This document shows, piece by piece, positions 37,201-47,997 of a stretch of 64,000 nucleotides of DNA; position 1 is the stretch's first letter; every line of letters starts with the position of its first letter. Under the pieces are notes generated by a model. It searched no databases and was not told the origin of the DNA. It was given only the letters and a program-made list of their open reading frames with translations. The position numbers were made by a program, and so were the translations under genes. This stretch comes from Yuukianura sp. NJ FZ-2021 (Eukaryota), in the NCBI GenBank assembly GCA_046563655.1, contig CM102286.1, positions 6,820,001 to 6,884,000 of the forward strand, written 5' to 3'.

Positions 37201-39550
37201 GAAGATTCGGGCCTTTCTCCAGGCATTCATTGAGAGACGGGTGTCTTCCCACTTTGCATGATGCATCAAAAACGGGACGAACTGGAGTGGTGACACTGTT
37301 TTTGAAGACAGCACGATGAGGCAAAAAATGACACTTCACGTTCCCACCGTCTGCTTCCTCCTTGACCACGGAAATGATCCCCTCAGCCTCCCAATCGTTG
37401 AAAACTTTCTCGTAGTCTGAGTATCTTCCAGTTGACATCAATTTCCGGGTCGTGTTCTGTAGTCGTTTCATCGCAACTTCACGATTTGACGGTAGCACTG
37501 GAGTCTGACTAATCCACGGAAGTCGGACAGAATATCTTCCAGTCTGATCACGACTCACGGTCTTCTGAAAATGTTCCAGTGCTTCTTGCTCGTGCTGTTC
37601 TTGAGACATTTTCTCCACGGGGTCACGGATACCGAGTGTGTCCAAACTCCAGAGTTGACTGACGGTTGAATTGGAAACTGTCATAGAAAAAACAGACATA
37701 ATTAGTTCATTTGAAACTTTTCGTCTGTCAATTTCCCCCATCACTGCCCATCCAAGTTGAGTTTCAGTTGCAGTGAGTCCGTTCTGCAAACGCTGGATCT
37801 TCCCTGTCAAAATGTCACCTAAAATGTCCGCACCAATTAGAAATTCAATTTCTGTGGGGTTACGCTCGTCCAAGTCATTAACGAAAATTCCGAGTCGTTT
37901 CAACTCCCCCATCCATGGACCTTTCGTTACACGAGGTAACGATCCACACAATGATTCATGGTCCATCACTTTCACATTTAGACAAAACGAACCGTGAACA
38001 CTCTGCACCTGAAAGTCGTAAACAAAATGAGGCACATTACGCACTTCCGTTCCACCAAACAACTGATGGTTAATTGAGAGAGTGTCAATTGGTTTCAAGT
38101 TCAAATCCAATGCCGTCTTCTTCAGGAGGTAACTCCGTTGTGACCCGCAGTCAATTAGGACTCGAACAGTCTTCGTCTGCTGACTTGATGGATTCACTAG
38201 TCTAACCATCATCGTTTGTAGAATGACTTCATTCGTGCAGTTGAGGTTAGACTGTGTAGTGACATCCGTTTTCTTCTGTTCGTCCTTCTGACTATTCCTC
38301 GGATTCTGCGGACACTGTAGTAGCTCGTGACGTTTGGTGCACAATGGGCACTTAATGTTCGCCTTGCATGATTTGGACATATGCCCCGGTTTTAGGCAAA
38401 CAAAACAGGCCCCTTTCTTCTTCAACTTGTCACCTCGTTCATTCTTCGTCATTTTCTGTGCTGCATAGCAGTCTTTGGAAGAATGTGACTTGTCACAGAA
38501 GACACACGAAGGTTTAGAATTTCCACTGAAGAGACCGGCAGCAGTGGGAAAACTTTCATCAGTTGACTTGACTTTTCTGGTTTCTTTCTTCTTGTCAGCT
38601 GATTCGAAGCCGCTTCGTGCCAATTTACGGTGTTCTTCATTTTCTATTTCCAAACGGAGAAAATCCATGAGGAAATCCATTTCAGTTTTCGGTGGTGTAA
38701 GTACGGATCCGTCGGCACCAAAATTCGGACTCCGTTGCCATGCAACCAAAATATCCTCTGGCAGACTTGATTCCACCATTGGGAATAGGACTACTTCCAT
38801 GGCCTCCACCGACAGGTTAAGTGACTCCAACGAACGAAGATGTGAAATCAGACGATCGTACAGTGAGGACAAAGTCACTTTCTCACGAACACGAAGTAAA
38901 ATCATGGAGATGACTTCCCGTACGTAGTACTGCTGTAGGAGTTTCGTTTTACCAAAACGATTTTTCAAAGCATCAATCGCCTTCTGATAGTTTTTCTTCG
39001 ATTGAGGGTAGCCTTTGATCAGTTCCTCAGCCCTTGATCCTTTCTCCATGCTTTGAATTAGATAAGTGAACTTATCAGATTCATCTAAATCTTCATCCAA
39101 GTGAATCTTCTCGAATTGCCCCCACCACCCGAGCCAGTCTTTCAAGTCTCCTCCGAATTTAGCAAGTTCAATTTTAGGATACTTGATCGTTTTCTGCCGA
39201 TGTGTGGTTGAGCAGTTTTCACTTGGGTCATGCACACTGCTGTGATGTGACTGTGGATAGAAGATAGCGTTGACTCTGACACGAACAGCACTCACTTTCA
39301 GTTGATACTCTTGAGTGTGTGTCAATTCTTCATCCAGCATCTCATCCGTTGTTGAATCAGAATCCAACATCATGGACTTGATAGTGTCATCTGCTTCGTT
39401 CAGTTTGATAAACTGGCCCTCAAGTACTGCGAGAATGGTTTCCAATTGTGAATTGTCTTTCTTCTCCTTCTCCAGTTCCAAATTGAGTGAGTTCACCAGT
39501 TTCGTGACAGCTGACCGAAGTAGTCTTCTTTCTTTCTTTAGCTTGTCCAT
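34253..39550 (-). CDS. BEL/Pao gag-pol polyprotein (1765 aa)
   Basis: DUF1759-type gag (FGGDLKDWLGWWGQF), three zinc knuckles, aspartic protease (LIDCGSQRSY), RT (ADIRKAFL, FGMNCSPFLL, YVDN), RNase H (FGDASKRAY, IPRLELLA, WSDST), integrase (GIDLAGP, TDNGTNF, PWWGGWWERLV) and a DUF5641-like tail. Confidence 0.97.
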   Translation of the reverse strand: MDKLKKERRLLRSAVTKLVNSLNLELEKEKKDNSQLETILAVLEGQFIKLNEADDTIKSMMLDSDSTTDEMLDEELTHTQEYQLKVSAVRVRVNAIFYPQSHHSSVHDPSENCSTTHRQKTIKYPKIELAKFGGDLKDWLGWWGQFEKIHLDEDLDESDKFTYLIQSMEKGSRAEELIKGYPQSKKNYQKAIDALKNRFGKTKLLQQYYVREVISMILLRVREKVTLSSLYDRLISHLRSLESLNLSVEAMEVVLFPMVESSLPEDILVAWQRSPNFGADGSVLTPPKTEMDFLMDFLRLEIENEEHRKLARSGFESADKKKETRKVKSTDESFPTAAGLFSGNSKPSCVFCDKSHSSKDCYAAQKMTKNERGDKLKKKGACFVCLKPGHMSKSCKANIKCPLCTKRHELLQCPQNPRNSQKDEQKKTDVTTQSNLNCTNEVILQTMMVRLVNPSSQQTKTVRVLIDCGSQRSYLLKKTALDLNLKPIDTLSINHQLFGGTEVRNVPHFVYDFQVQSVHGSFCLNVKVMDHESLCGSLPRVTKGPWMGELKRLGIFVNDLDERNPTEIEFLIGADILGDILTGKIQRLQNGLTATETQLGWAVMGEIDRRKVSNELIMSVFSMTVSNSTVSQLWSLDTLGIRDPVEKMSQEQHEQEALEHFQKTVSRDQTGRYSVRLPWISQTPVLPSNREVAMKRLQNTTRKLMSTGRYSDYEKVFNDWEAEGIISVVKEEADGGNVKCHFLPHRAVFKNSVTTPVRPVFDASCKVGRHPSLNECLEKGPNLLDLIPSILLRFRMGKIGIIADIRKAFLMIEVHPEDRDFIRFLWWNDVERKNVKIYMHNRVVFGMNCSPFLLGAVIFHHLNQHHSENPSVVTHIIKSLYVDNLVLAVDTVKEFETVKEVSTGILSTAKMELRQWERSGSCEDQCVTNVLGLKWDKDEDSLFCDVIPTEIPTKITKRVILSSLQKVFDPLGLWSPVLIVPRILMQQAWMEDRNWDDEVTPNIVTEFVNWSVELSQVMDKVKLRRDVSGDKINDFDNYQLHIFGDASKRAYATVVYLRVETKEDVKVHLLQAKSRVAPIKGASIPRLELLACTISARLAMSVKTALNLDNVPCYFWSDSTTALSWIKRSNEWGTFVGNRVKEICQLTQASQWHHIPGIHNPADLPSRGITPTKFVESRWWEGPGWLRLQKELWPLAEEPTDEEAVDQERKRGISTLNVTADFRPWYVVKNNYSSNLRVLAFVFRFLNNTRKIGQRENSIRPTAEELDCVERRFIKIVQLESFSTQKSVIEGLRVEKDTDEIIRVKTKITNRQDSDLFRRPILLPNFHPFVTLIIMETHELNSHSGTQLMMAKLREKFWIVQSRRAIKKVIRKCVRCTRFDGKKGESRICPLPEPRVRDAKAFEVTGIDLAGPLTLKNKDKVYIVLFTCAVYRAIHLELVESLSTEDFIFSFIRFSKRRQRPTIVYTDNGTNFVGAVNLFKSINWDSVQKKTQVHRVKWVFNPPSAPWWGGWWERLVRSVKDLLRRMLGFAKLTYVQLETALCEVESAVNHRPLTYVTEDQDDFVSITPAMFLHDLPESEVPEASTVKVSSLHDKKRQLGKLLAELKEAFRSDYLGQLVQRGNEKKIRQFEVGEIVIVEIDKVKKVLWPMAKIVELIPGNDGEIRIAKVRTKTGILTRPIQRLVPLEVRRDELPVEEADPEKVGDVRESIGDEKTVGDVRKATGKQKRNREMTMEYAEEEADDIQVEVPVVTKSGRTVKKPERFGN

Positions 39551-39950
39551 CGTTCGTGCAAATAAAAGAAGAAATAACGAACGATTAGTTACCAGGTACC
39601 AACGATTAGTACAAAACGATCTGCACCTGGGTCAATCCCGTTCCGGTAGGGATACACCGCGACGTAAACGTTTGGTTTAATTGAAGTACGTAGATTCCAA
39701 GTCTCGTCACGTCAAATCAGTTTGTTTCCCGTAAGTCCGATCAGGTATGGCTCCGTCAATCCAATTCAAAACAAAGATCCTCGATTAGTTATGATCAATC
39801 TCAATATCAATTGGAAAGATATCACCTTAATCAATCCCACTCCGGCAGGGATACGCCTCGATGTAAACAGTTGTTTTAGGTGATGATCGATCCTCTTCCG
39901 TCAATTAGCAGGTTCCAGTATCCCGTATGTCAAGGTCAAAGCCACAAGTA

Positions 39951-39968
39951 GTCCGGCCAGGGTCACCA
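39951..39968 (-). other. Primer-binding site of the BEL/Pao element
   Basis: TGGTGACCCTGGCCGGAC on the minus strand just inside the 5' LTR; TGG is complementary to tRNA CCA. The tRNA identity was not determined. Confidence 0.75.
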
Positions 39969-39971
39969 AAA

Positions 39972-40336
39972 TGTTGAATAAACGAGCCAATTTCAACTTA
40001 GGCACAAATCAACTACCCGTTGATCTGTGGCTATCTAATTCCGAACACTTTAACCCTCGACTAATGAAAACTGGAAAGTCTGAACTGATCTTTGATTTGT
40101 TTATGTTTATTTTACTTTTAAATCAATGCCATTTAATCAAATCTTTAAATTCCTAATCAGAGCCAATTCCCTTACTGCTTATCGGATCTCTTCCAAGTAC
40201 TTACTACTAAAAAGTTCCCTCTTTTTCCACTAGCAGTCGAAAAGGAAACGACGCTATCCCTTTTCAAATATATTTAGCGCCGTATTCTCAAATTTCCCAA
40301 AAAACCAGAATTTAAAAAATAGCCATATTTCCAACA
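39972..40336 (-). repeat. 5' LTR of the BEL/Pao element
   Basis: 365-bp direct repeat of 33568-33932. Confidence 0.95.
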
Positions 40337-42247
40337 AGTACAAAACCGGAAAGGAAAACGCAAAAAGTCTTCATAGGGGTTAAGCTTTCCCCCAAAACAG
40401 TTCACATTTTTTCGTACATCGTCTATTCCTACATTTCAGTTCGATGCATTGCTATTATAATCCAGTACATTTCCAATTTCTCTCTGAACAAAGTACTGCT
40501 AAATCAGAACGTCACATTCGTTCTGTCAATTGCACAATTTGCAGGACTTACGGTGGTATGGTTTACGCAGCGGAGAAATGCCCACGCCTTTGTCGCTTTT
40601 CTTAACAGTTGGCACATTTTCGAGAAACAGTTTGCGGAATGGATTTCCAGTAATTGCTGCCCATTATTTAAAATTATTTTTAAAATGACAAAAAAAATAA
40701 CAAAAAGTTTATGCAAAACAATTTAAAAATTTTATTTATAAAACTAAACTAAAAATGTGTGATAATGGATATGTGACCTAAAAATAGGTAATAATGGAGA
40801 ACGAAATTTCGCTCACTTTGGAGAAATTGCTCGGCGTTTCTATATTCTTGGAGTTCTAACTGCGACAACGCCTGTAGGCTTGCTTATTGTAAAAATGGAT
40901 TGGCTACTTACTGTCATCCACTCGTACTGGATCCTCGGATTCCAGAATTTCCCACCTTCAGGCTTGAACACTGCCATGTACACTTTAACGACATTCGAAA
41001 CATTTGTGTTTGTTGAATTGTTCTGGATGGCATCCTACATCTACGACATTGTCTATCTGGCCTTTCCATGCAGCATGGAAGCATGTCTGGAGACATTGAT
41101 CAAGGTTCTGCCAGGTTCGGGAGAGGAAATTTCGGACAAAATTGAGGTCACAAAGCAGGCGCGAGGTCAAGGGGCCGAACTTCACCAGGTCATTGAAATG
41201 TACAAGCGCCTGCGTCGCCTTATAGCATTGTTTAATAAGATATTTGCCCAATCTGTGTGCGTGTTGATCAGTCTCACATTAGTTGCTACGTGCTACACTA
41301 CGTATCGGTTTGCTAAGTTCTGGCATGAAATGGGCATTGAAACCTGTATGTTCCATTTTGTTTTCATTCTGATAATGACTTCACGCGGATTCGCAATGAC
41401 AATAGTCATGGGCAGAGTCCATAACGCATCTCTTGAGTTGCTAAAATCGTGGAAGGAAATTATGCAAAATGTTGGCGGGAGTAACTATCTTAGCGGTTCT
41501 GACCAAAAACAACTGGAAAACGCCATACAATTTTTCACGCCGTTGCAATTTTGGAGCGGCAAATTTCACAGCATTTCTTCCTCAACTTTCCTTACACTCC
41601 TTTCTGTCGTAGTCACAAACAGCATCATGTTGTTGCAAATGTTTTAAAACGTTGAATTTTTGATTTTTGGAATAACCTTGTTCCATTTTTTTCTTTGGTT
41701 TAGTTACAGTATTGAATAAAGGTATTTCTATTTGGATATTTTTTTATCTATTCTTTAATTTCTTCTGCAAAAATTGCGAAACCGTGACACACGAGCCTAA
41801 TTTTTTTTGACAATTTCATTGCACCGAAAAGCTTTGTTCGGTTGTATTTTTATTTGAACACTGCTAGTACAAGTACAATAGACTTTTAGGGGTAAATCAA
41901 CCTTAGCTAGTTCCTGCTTCAATTTGGAAAATTGAAATCTTCTTTAGCAAAGTAAACCATTAAAGCACTCTAAGCTAATTTGTTGATCTAGTTTGCAATA
42001 AATAATTAAAGCCTTTCAATACTAATCAAATTAACATTCTTTTGTTTTTCATTCTCTTTGCTTTCTGAGTAAAAATGTTCGTTGATTATAGAAATTGGAT
42101 TTTAAACTTATCCACGGTTCTTTTGTTACTTGGCAAATGAAAACAACGTAATGAGTTTACTCAAACACTTCAAAAATTTTCCTTATAATGATACGTTTTA
42201 CATTTTTTTTTCTTCATTTGACTCAATTCGGATCCACAGTTGCACAA

Positions 42248-43667
42248 ATGAAGAAATCAGTTGTTGAGAATCTCCGTTGGCTTATGACCCTGTTTCGGTT
42301 GTATGGACTTCTTCCGCTGGAATACATCTATGTACCGCCGAAACGCGGGAAGGCAGATTGGGTAACTAACAGACCAATCAAGACAACCGAGAAATCTTTT
42401 GAAGTTATGCTGAGTGGCAAAAAGTTTCGTCTATTTTCCGGTGTTGTCTACGCCTACATGTCAATTCGTGCTTTCCTTGGCATCGGTCTCTTTCTTATTA
42501 AGCTACTCAAGAAGAATTTGGGGTTTGACAACATTTTTATAGCTCTTTCAATTTCTCAAGTTACTAGTGGTTTTGTCGCGAATGGCACGATTCGCAAAAA
42601 TGCTGAAGCTTTTTCTGCGTTTATGACGAACTGGCATATACTGGACCAAAAGCTGTCGGAATGGAATTCTGGTACGATCATTAGTAAAAACAAAAATAAA
42701 ATTGAAAGTTAGTAGGCAGCAATTTTGTTATCGAATTATTCTTAGATATGGAGAAAGACATTTCAGCCAGAGGAAAGCAACTTTCGCGTCTGCTATTTTT
42801 TCTCCTAGTATTCAATTGCATGATGCCCATTGTCCTTTTCGTACTAATACCCGAGCAACTATTTGTTATGTTTCACACTTACTGGATCTTTGGACTTCAA
42901 GAGTTGGAGCCATCATTTACAACCAGCGCCATCTACTTCCTCACCTCAGTGGAAACGCTTCTTGCTTTACAATTTTGGTGGATTGCACTTGCTCTGTTTG
43001 ACTTTACATTCTGTGTGTTCCCTTACAGTCTGGAACAGTATTTGAAATCATTTCCAAAAGTAATGAAAAAATTTGAAATGACAACAAGCAAGATGTTGGA
43101 ATTTGGAGGAGCTGACGAAAGCCGGGATTGGGATCGGATGGAAGTGATTGGGGCAAGGTACGTCAGGTCAGAGGCAAAGGTCAATGACCTTACGAGTGTG
43201 ATTACTTTGTATTGGCGAATGTACGATCTCACTGAGTCTTTCAACCTCATACTATCAAACGTTGTGCTGTGCTTGAACGCCATTACAATGACTGGGATGT
43301 GTTATTCCATATATGGGTTGGCGCCAACTTGGCGCAGGGATGGAAGAGCGAATCCAAAAGCATGTTCGTGTTGTACTTCCTGTCAATGATGGTAGTAATT
43401 CCACGCGTTTTTGGTATGATGCTGTTGATGGGCCGAGTACATTCTGCATCGAATGCATTGCGGAAGCATCTAGTCAAGCTGGTGGCAAGTGATGGTGGTA
43501 CTGCGCTTTTGAATTTTTCGGCGAGAAAACAACTTGAAAATTTTCTGCAATTTTTTATGCCGTTGCAGTTCTGTAGTGGCGAATTCTACGGCATTTCGTC
43601 ATCAACGGTACTCACTCTACTGTCAGTCGTTGTCACAAACACAATTATGCTGCTTCAAATGTTCTAA
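42248..43667 (+). pseudogene. GR-like chemoreceptor paralog with a frameshift near 43335-43365 (pseudogene or assembly error)
   Basis: Exons 42248-42671 and 42746-43667. Homology to the upstream paralog switches from the 42748 ORF frame to the 43269 ORF frame with no intron; ends TLLSVVVTNTIMLLQMF. Confidence 0.75.
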
Positions 43668-44118
43668 AATCTTGTATGTTATATTATTTCTTACTTACTT
43701 TCTAATGTAAACTAGTGAATTTTAGCGGAATGTAGTTAGTGACCCCTGCTTCTGCTAATTCTAGAGTTGCACTTTCATAGTTTGTTCGTAAGAAAATCAA
43801 ACATTTCCGATATAAATAAGGGGGAAACACTTTTTAGTAAAAAAATACAAGAACGCAAATGTACCTATGATAGCTGAAAAAGCTTAGATTGCTAACATTT
43901 TTTGAAAACGAAAACGTGCTGTGTAGCTCTCGCTTGAAAAAGTAATATTAGACCAAAGTAATAGTTTTCGAAGATTTGTTTTTGTTGTGATCATATATTT
44001 AACATTTTACTTCAAGACTTGAACAGCAAAAAATAGGGACATGGTTTGCAAAAACAAATTCTAATAATAACATTCCTTTCAAAATTCCTTTCAAAATGAA
44101 AATTTCAAAATGTAGCTT

Positions 44119-45732
44119 TTACTCCAACAGAATGTACAAGTAGAAAGTCCCACAAACAATTAATGGGAGTCCTATTAAAGCATAAATTAATTCGGTTGCT
44201 ACCGGCATCCACACTAAAAACGGTGACTGTATGCGGAACATTGACCACCAGAGTGTCACACATGGAAATCCGATGCACTTAAACCCGATGGCGACAAGTG
44301 GAGATTCGAGAGATATCACAAGATAGGTAAACGAATGTGTAAACGTAAATGCTGACGCTATGATGATCCAGAAAGTGCAGCTTCCAAAGGAATTTCGAAC
44401 GGCGGTTTCAAACGAGTATGCTATGTTGAAGTCATCATCCCGTAATACCTGTGCAAAATATTTTTACATCAAAATCGTAAAACTGATTCAAAAACTTTGA
44501 AATGTAAGATCTCCTGATATGTCTTACTTTTCCAAACCCTGGAACAAATTCAGTCCAGAACAGACTAAGTACGACTGTCCATGTCGCTACGTGGAACCAG
44601 AGTAAGCTTTTGTAAACAGAAACTAGAGAGACGCGTGTGCCATTTTTGAATTGCTTATGTGTATACGGCGTTTCACTTTCAGTATGTGTTTCAAAAGGCA
44701 CATTCGAGTGCAGCACTCTCATGCACATTTCTGATTCGCCAACACTTTGATTAGTCTGAAAACAAAGTCAAGGTTAAAAAACACACTTCGCTTGCAAAAG
44801 GCGTAGACGCCGCAGTAAGAAAAGAATCACCCCCGATTTGACTGGATTCGCCGATTCGAGCCCAAACACTGCGATTGTCCATAACCAAATGGCAACAACA
44901 AAAGCTAGTGTCCAAACAAGGTGTACTTTCCAGGACCAGATATCTTTCGGGGGAGGATGCACTCCGCGACAGTGTTCGTGGTCCATGAGACTGAAATCGA
45001 CGCTGAGAAATACGCCGCCAATGACTGCCAGCATCCCGATTGATCTTCTGATCCCTGGTGCTGAAATTCGTTTTTTAATACATGAGTTATTTATCAATTC
45101 CGATAGCATTCTTGATTATTTGTATTGCATTACAATTTATTAAATTGTTTACCTTTCCATTGACATAGGACTTGTGTAATTGAGGCAAAGAGAAACACTA
45201 AACCGAGTAACGGAAGCTGCATATTGCAGCGCACTTTGTCATCTTCCCATGCATAGCACAGCGTAAGTAAACTTAGCCCGGTTGAAATTCCAATTTTAAG
45301 TACGCTTGCGCGAGAAACCTCTGGATTAAAAATGCTTGTCTGATTTCGAATTTTGAACAAAAATTGTCCAACTTCCAATACAACTCCAAGCAGTAGGAAC
45401 AATGTAGTTGAAACTGTTGTGAGAACGAGAGCAACTGAATACCCATCACTTCGTGCACCGCTTTTGTCACCAGGGTCCTCTGTGATCAGTTCCAGATATT
45501 CTGGAAATAAAATCAAAATGGAGGTTGACGAGATCGTAGTAAATAGGGCTGCGACGAGATTTTTTCTCTGAAATTTTGCCCATTTCACTAAAAGCACTAG
45601 ACGGGAACTACTGGTTTGACGTATGCGCACTTCCTCGGCCCAAGGACTAGCACTGCCATTTGTTGTTCTATTGGGTTGATCTGTGTCATTCCTGTCACCG
45701 CGCAGGATCAGAATTTCTTTATCCTCCTCCAT
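44119..45732 (-). CDS. Multi-pass membrane protein, probably CRT-like/DMT superfamily (about 4 exons)
   Basis: Hydrophobic exons about 45732-45153, 45061-44833, 44756-44530 and 44449-44119; about 10 helices. Family assignment from memory of KVRCNMQLPLLG and VFLSVDFSL-type segments only. Confidence 0.6.
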
Positions 45733-46603
45733 TTACACAATTTCCGACAAGGATTAAATTCAAGTTAGTGCGAAATACAACAGATTAAAAATGTGCGTAC
45801 AACTACCGAATGAAACTTCCGTCTTGAACTGTTCTTATGCTGAAGAGAATAACATTATGAGACACTAGATACGTATAATGAAGGGGGAAATAAGCCTTCT
45901 AAGTTGTGCAGGTCATACCGGCGATTGTAACAAAAAAGATTTCGCAAGGCTCCCTGGTTGTTTATTCTTGCATGTCACTTGGTTGGATTGTTGCAGTTTT
46001 TTAGTTCCCGTGAATTTTGCACTCTTCTGAAGAAGCCAAGATGAGAACAATGGAAACGAAAGACTTTTTTTTTGCATTTCGGGATAAGTATCTATAGCAG
46101 ACAAGTAAGAAATCCCAACGTAATATTTTCTTTTTTACATCCACACTAATTCAAGGTTTCTTAAACATTGATTATGCTCTCCGGTAAACGTATACACTCG
46201 TCACGGAAAATGTTTTTATAGTACAACTGACGAAGCGTTAAGTTGCAAAGTTAAAAAGACTTCAGCCATTTAGAAAATTTAAATCGATTTCGCAGTTGCA
46301 TTTCAACAGCAAATTTATTTTTTCTTAGATTTTTCTGATTAGATTTTTTTTGCACTGAACGACATTTTCGTACAAGTCATCGGGAAGGAAGATGCAAACG
46401 AGGAATACCTTGGGTGAAAAACGTTTTTGCCGCAGTGCGTCAACATCTACACAATTTATTGGCATATTTGCAACACTTATGAAAATAAATTCACAAGAAT
46501 ATTTCACTGAAGTCGAGAGTTTTTAAGTCGGTTCACAATTTCAAAAAAGTTGAAGTTTTTATTTCGTTTTACGCTTCATCATACCGGGATCAATTTTACT
46601 TAC

Positions 46604-47205
46604 ACAAAGGATATGGCCCAAAGTCCATAAGAAAGTGGGCTTGGTGGTATTCGAATGAAATTTTTACCAGTTGTTAGGGTCAATACTGGGATCATATGTG
46701 CAAATTTTCAGCCCCCTAGAAACGATAGGTCACGGGTCACAGGGGGTCAAAGGTCACCATGTCATCCTATGACGACCCCATGCAAGTAGCATATCGTTGG
46801 AACGGGCTTGATCTCCTGATTCAGAAAATGTATATATGTCGCTATCTACGACGTAAGACAACAAAGTTACTGCATATAACAAGTCGCAGTTGAAAATTGG
46901 AGATCGAGTGCGACATGGGTTTCAAAATTAAAGTCGCCGTAACTTTGTCGCCTTACGTCGTAGACATCAACATATATACATTTTCTGAATCAGGAGACCA
47001 AGCCCGTTCCAACGATATGCTACTTGCATGGGGTCGTCATAGGATGACATGGTGACCTTTGACCCCCTGTGACCCGTGACCTGTCGTTTCTAGGGGGCTG
47101 AAAATTTGCACAAATGATCCCAGTATTGACCCTAACAACTGGTAAAAATTTCGTTCGAATACCACCAGGACAACTTTCTTATGGACTTTGGGCCATATCC
47201 TTTGT
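46604..47205. mobile_element. Foldback MITE with long TIRs; superfamily unclear
   Basis: Arms of about 275 bp, ACAAAGGATATGGCCCAAAGTCCATAAG... / ...CTTATGGACTTTGGGCCATATCCTTTGT; possible 3-bp TSD TAC. Confidence 0.88.
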
Positions 47206-47231
47206 TACGGACAAATCTTTTTGTCCTATTA

Positions 47232-47613
47232 CGCCTGGTTTATAGTCTCACTTTTCACTTCACTTTTGTGCTGAGCTTCACTTCCTCCGTCACTTTGTCG
47301 TATTTAGAGTCGGAAGTGATGAGGACATGATCATCCCTGTCTCACTTTTCGTTTCCTCTTCACTTCCTCTTTCACTCGCTGCCTATTTTGAGTTTCACTT
47401 TCGTATCACTTCGTCGTCACTTTTCCGTCACTTTTTCAAAGTTGGACTCGAGTCAACTTTTCTCAAAGTGACGACGGAGTGAAAATGAAGGTGAAGTGAT
47501 GTTGTAATGAAACTGTAAGCGTAATTTATAGTTCACTCGCATAAAAAGTGATAGTGAAAGCGACATAACAGCGAAGTGAGCATGAAGTGAAGAGTGAGAC
47601 TATAAACCAGGCG
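47232..47613. mobile_element. PIF/Harbinger-type (Tourist-like) MITE
   Basis: TIR CGCCTGGTTTATAGTCTCACT.. / ..AGTGAGACTATAAACCAGGCG; TTA on both sides; internal TCACTT/AAGTGA repeats. Confidence 0.85.
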
Positions 47614-47997
47614 TTATGTCACAGTTCCCTTTATATCAAAAAAACTTCGCCAACGTAGTGCTAACAAAAAATACCGAAGTGACGCATTTACGCATACTAA
47701 AACTTGGCGTAGGATCGGACAAGTGAATGTCAAAGTCAATGGATGGTCATGTGAGTTCCAGCCCATCCACCAGCAATGTTAAGTGTTTATCAAGCCAAGG
47801 TCCCTCTTTGTAAATCAGTCAAGGAGTTTCCAAGGGCAAAAGCAGAGTCAGTGATTTGCACTTTTTGGAACTTTGGAGAGGGGAATGGAAATGGAATATT
47901 GGACTTGATAAAAGGCGAAACTTCCTGCCTGTGAAGCCGGAGTCTTGGTGTTGCTGCAGTGAGAGGATAACTGATTCTTTTAAAACCTCCAGTGAAC

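Larger units (their letters stand above)
33568..40336 (-). mobile_element. Full-length BEL/Pao LTR retrotransposon
   Basis: Two 365-bp TG...CA LTRs, 5-bp TSD AGTAC (33563-33567 and 40337-40341), PBS, PPT and an intact gag-pol ORF. Confidence 0.97.
33449..41647 (+). pseudogene. GR-like chemoreceptor gene disrupted in exon 1 by the BEL/Pao element
   Basis: Joining 33449-33567 to 40342-40649 gives an open frame MVKSTLENLAHFLTLHRFSGILPL...WTAST|KPERKTQK...NSWHIFEKQFAEWIS, homologous to the paralog at 42248. Exon 2 (40788-41647) ends TLLSVVVTNSIMLLQMF. Confidence 0.88.
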
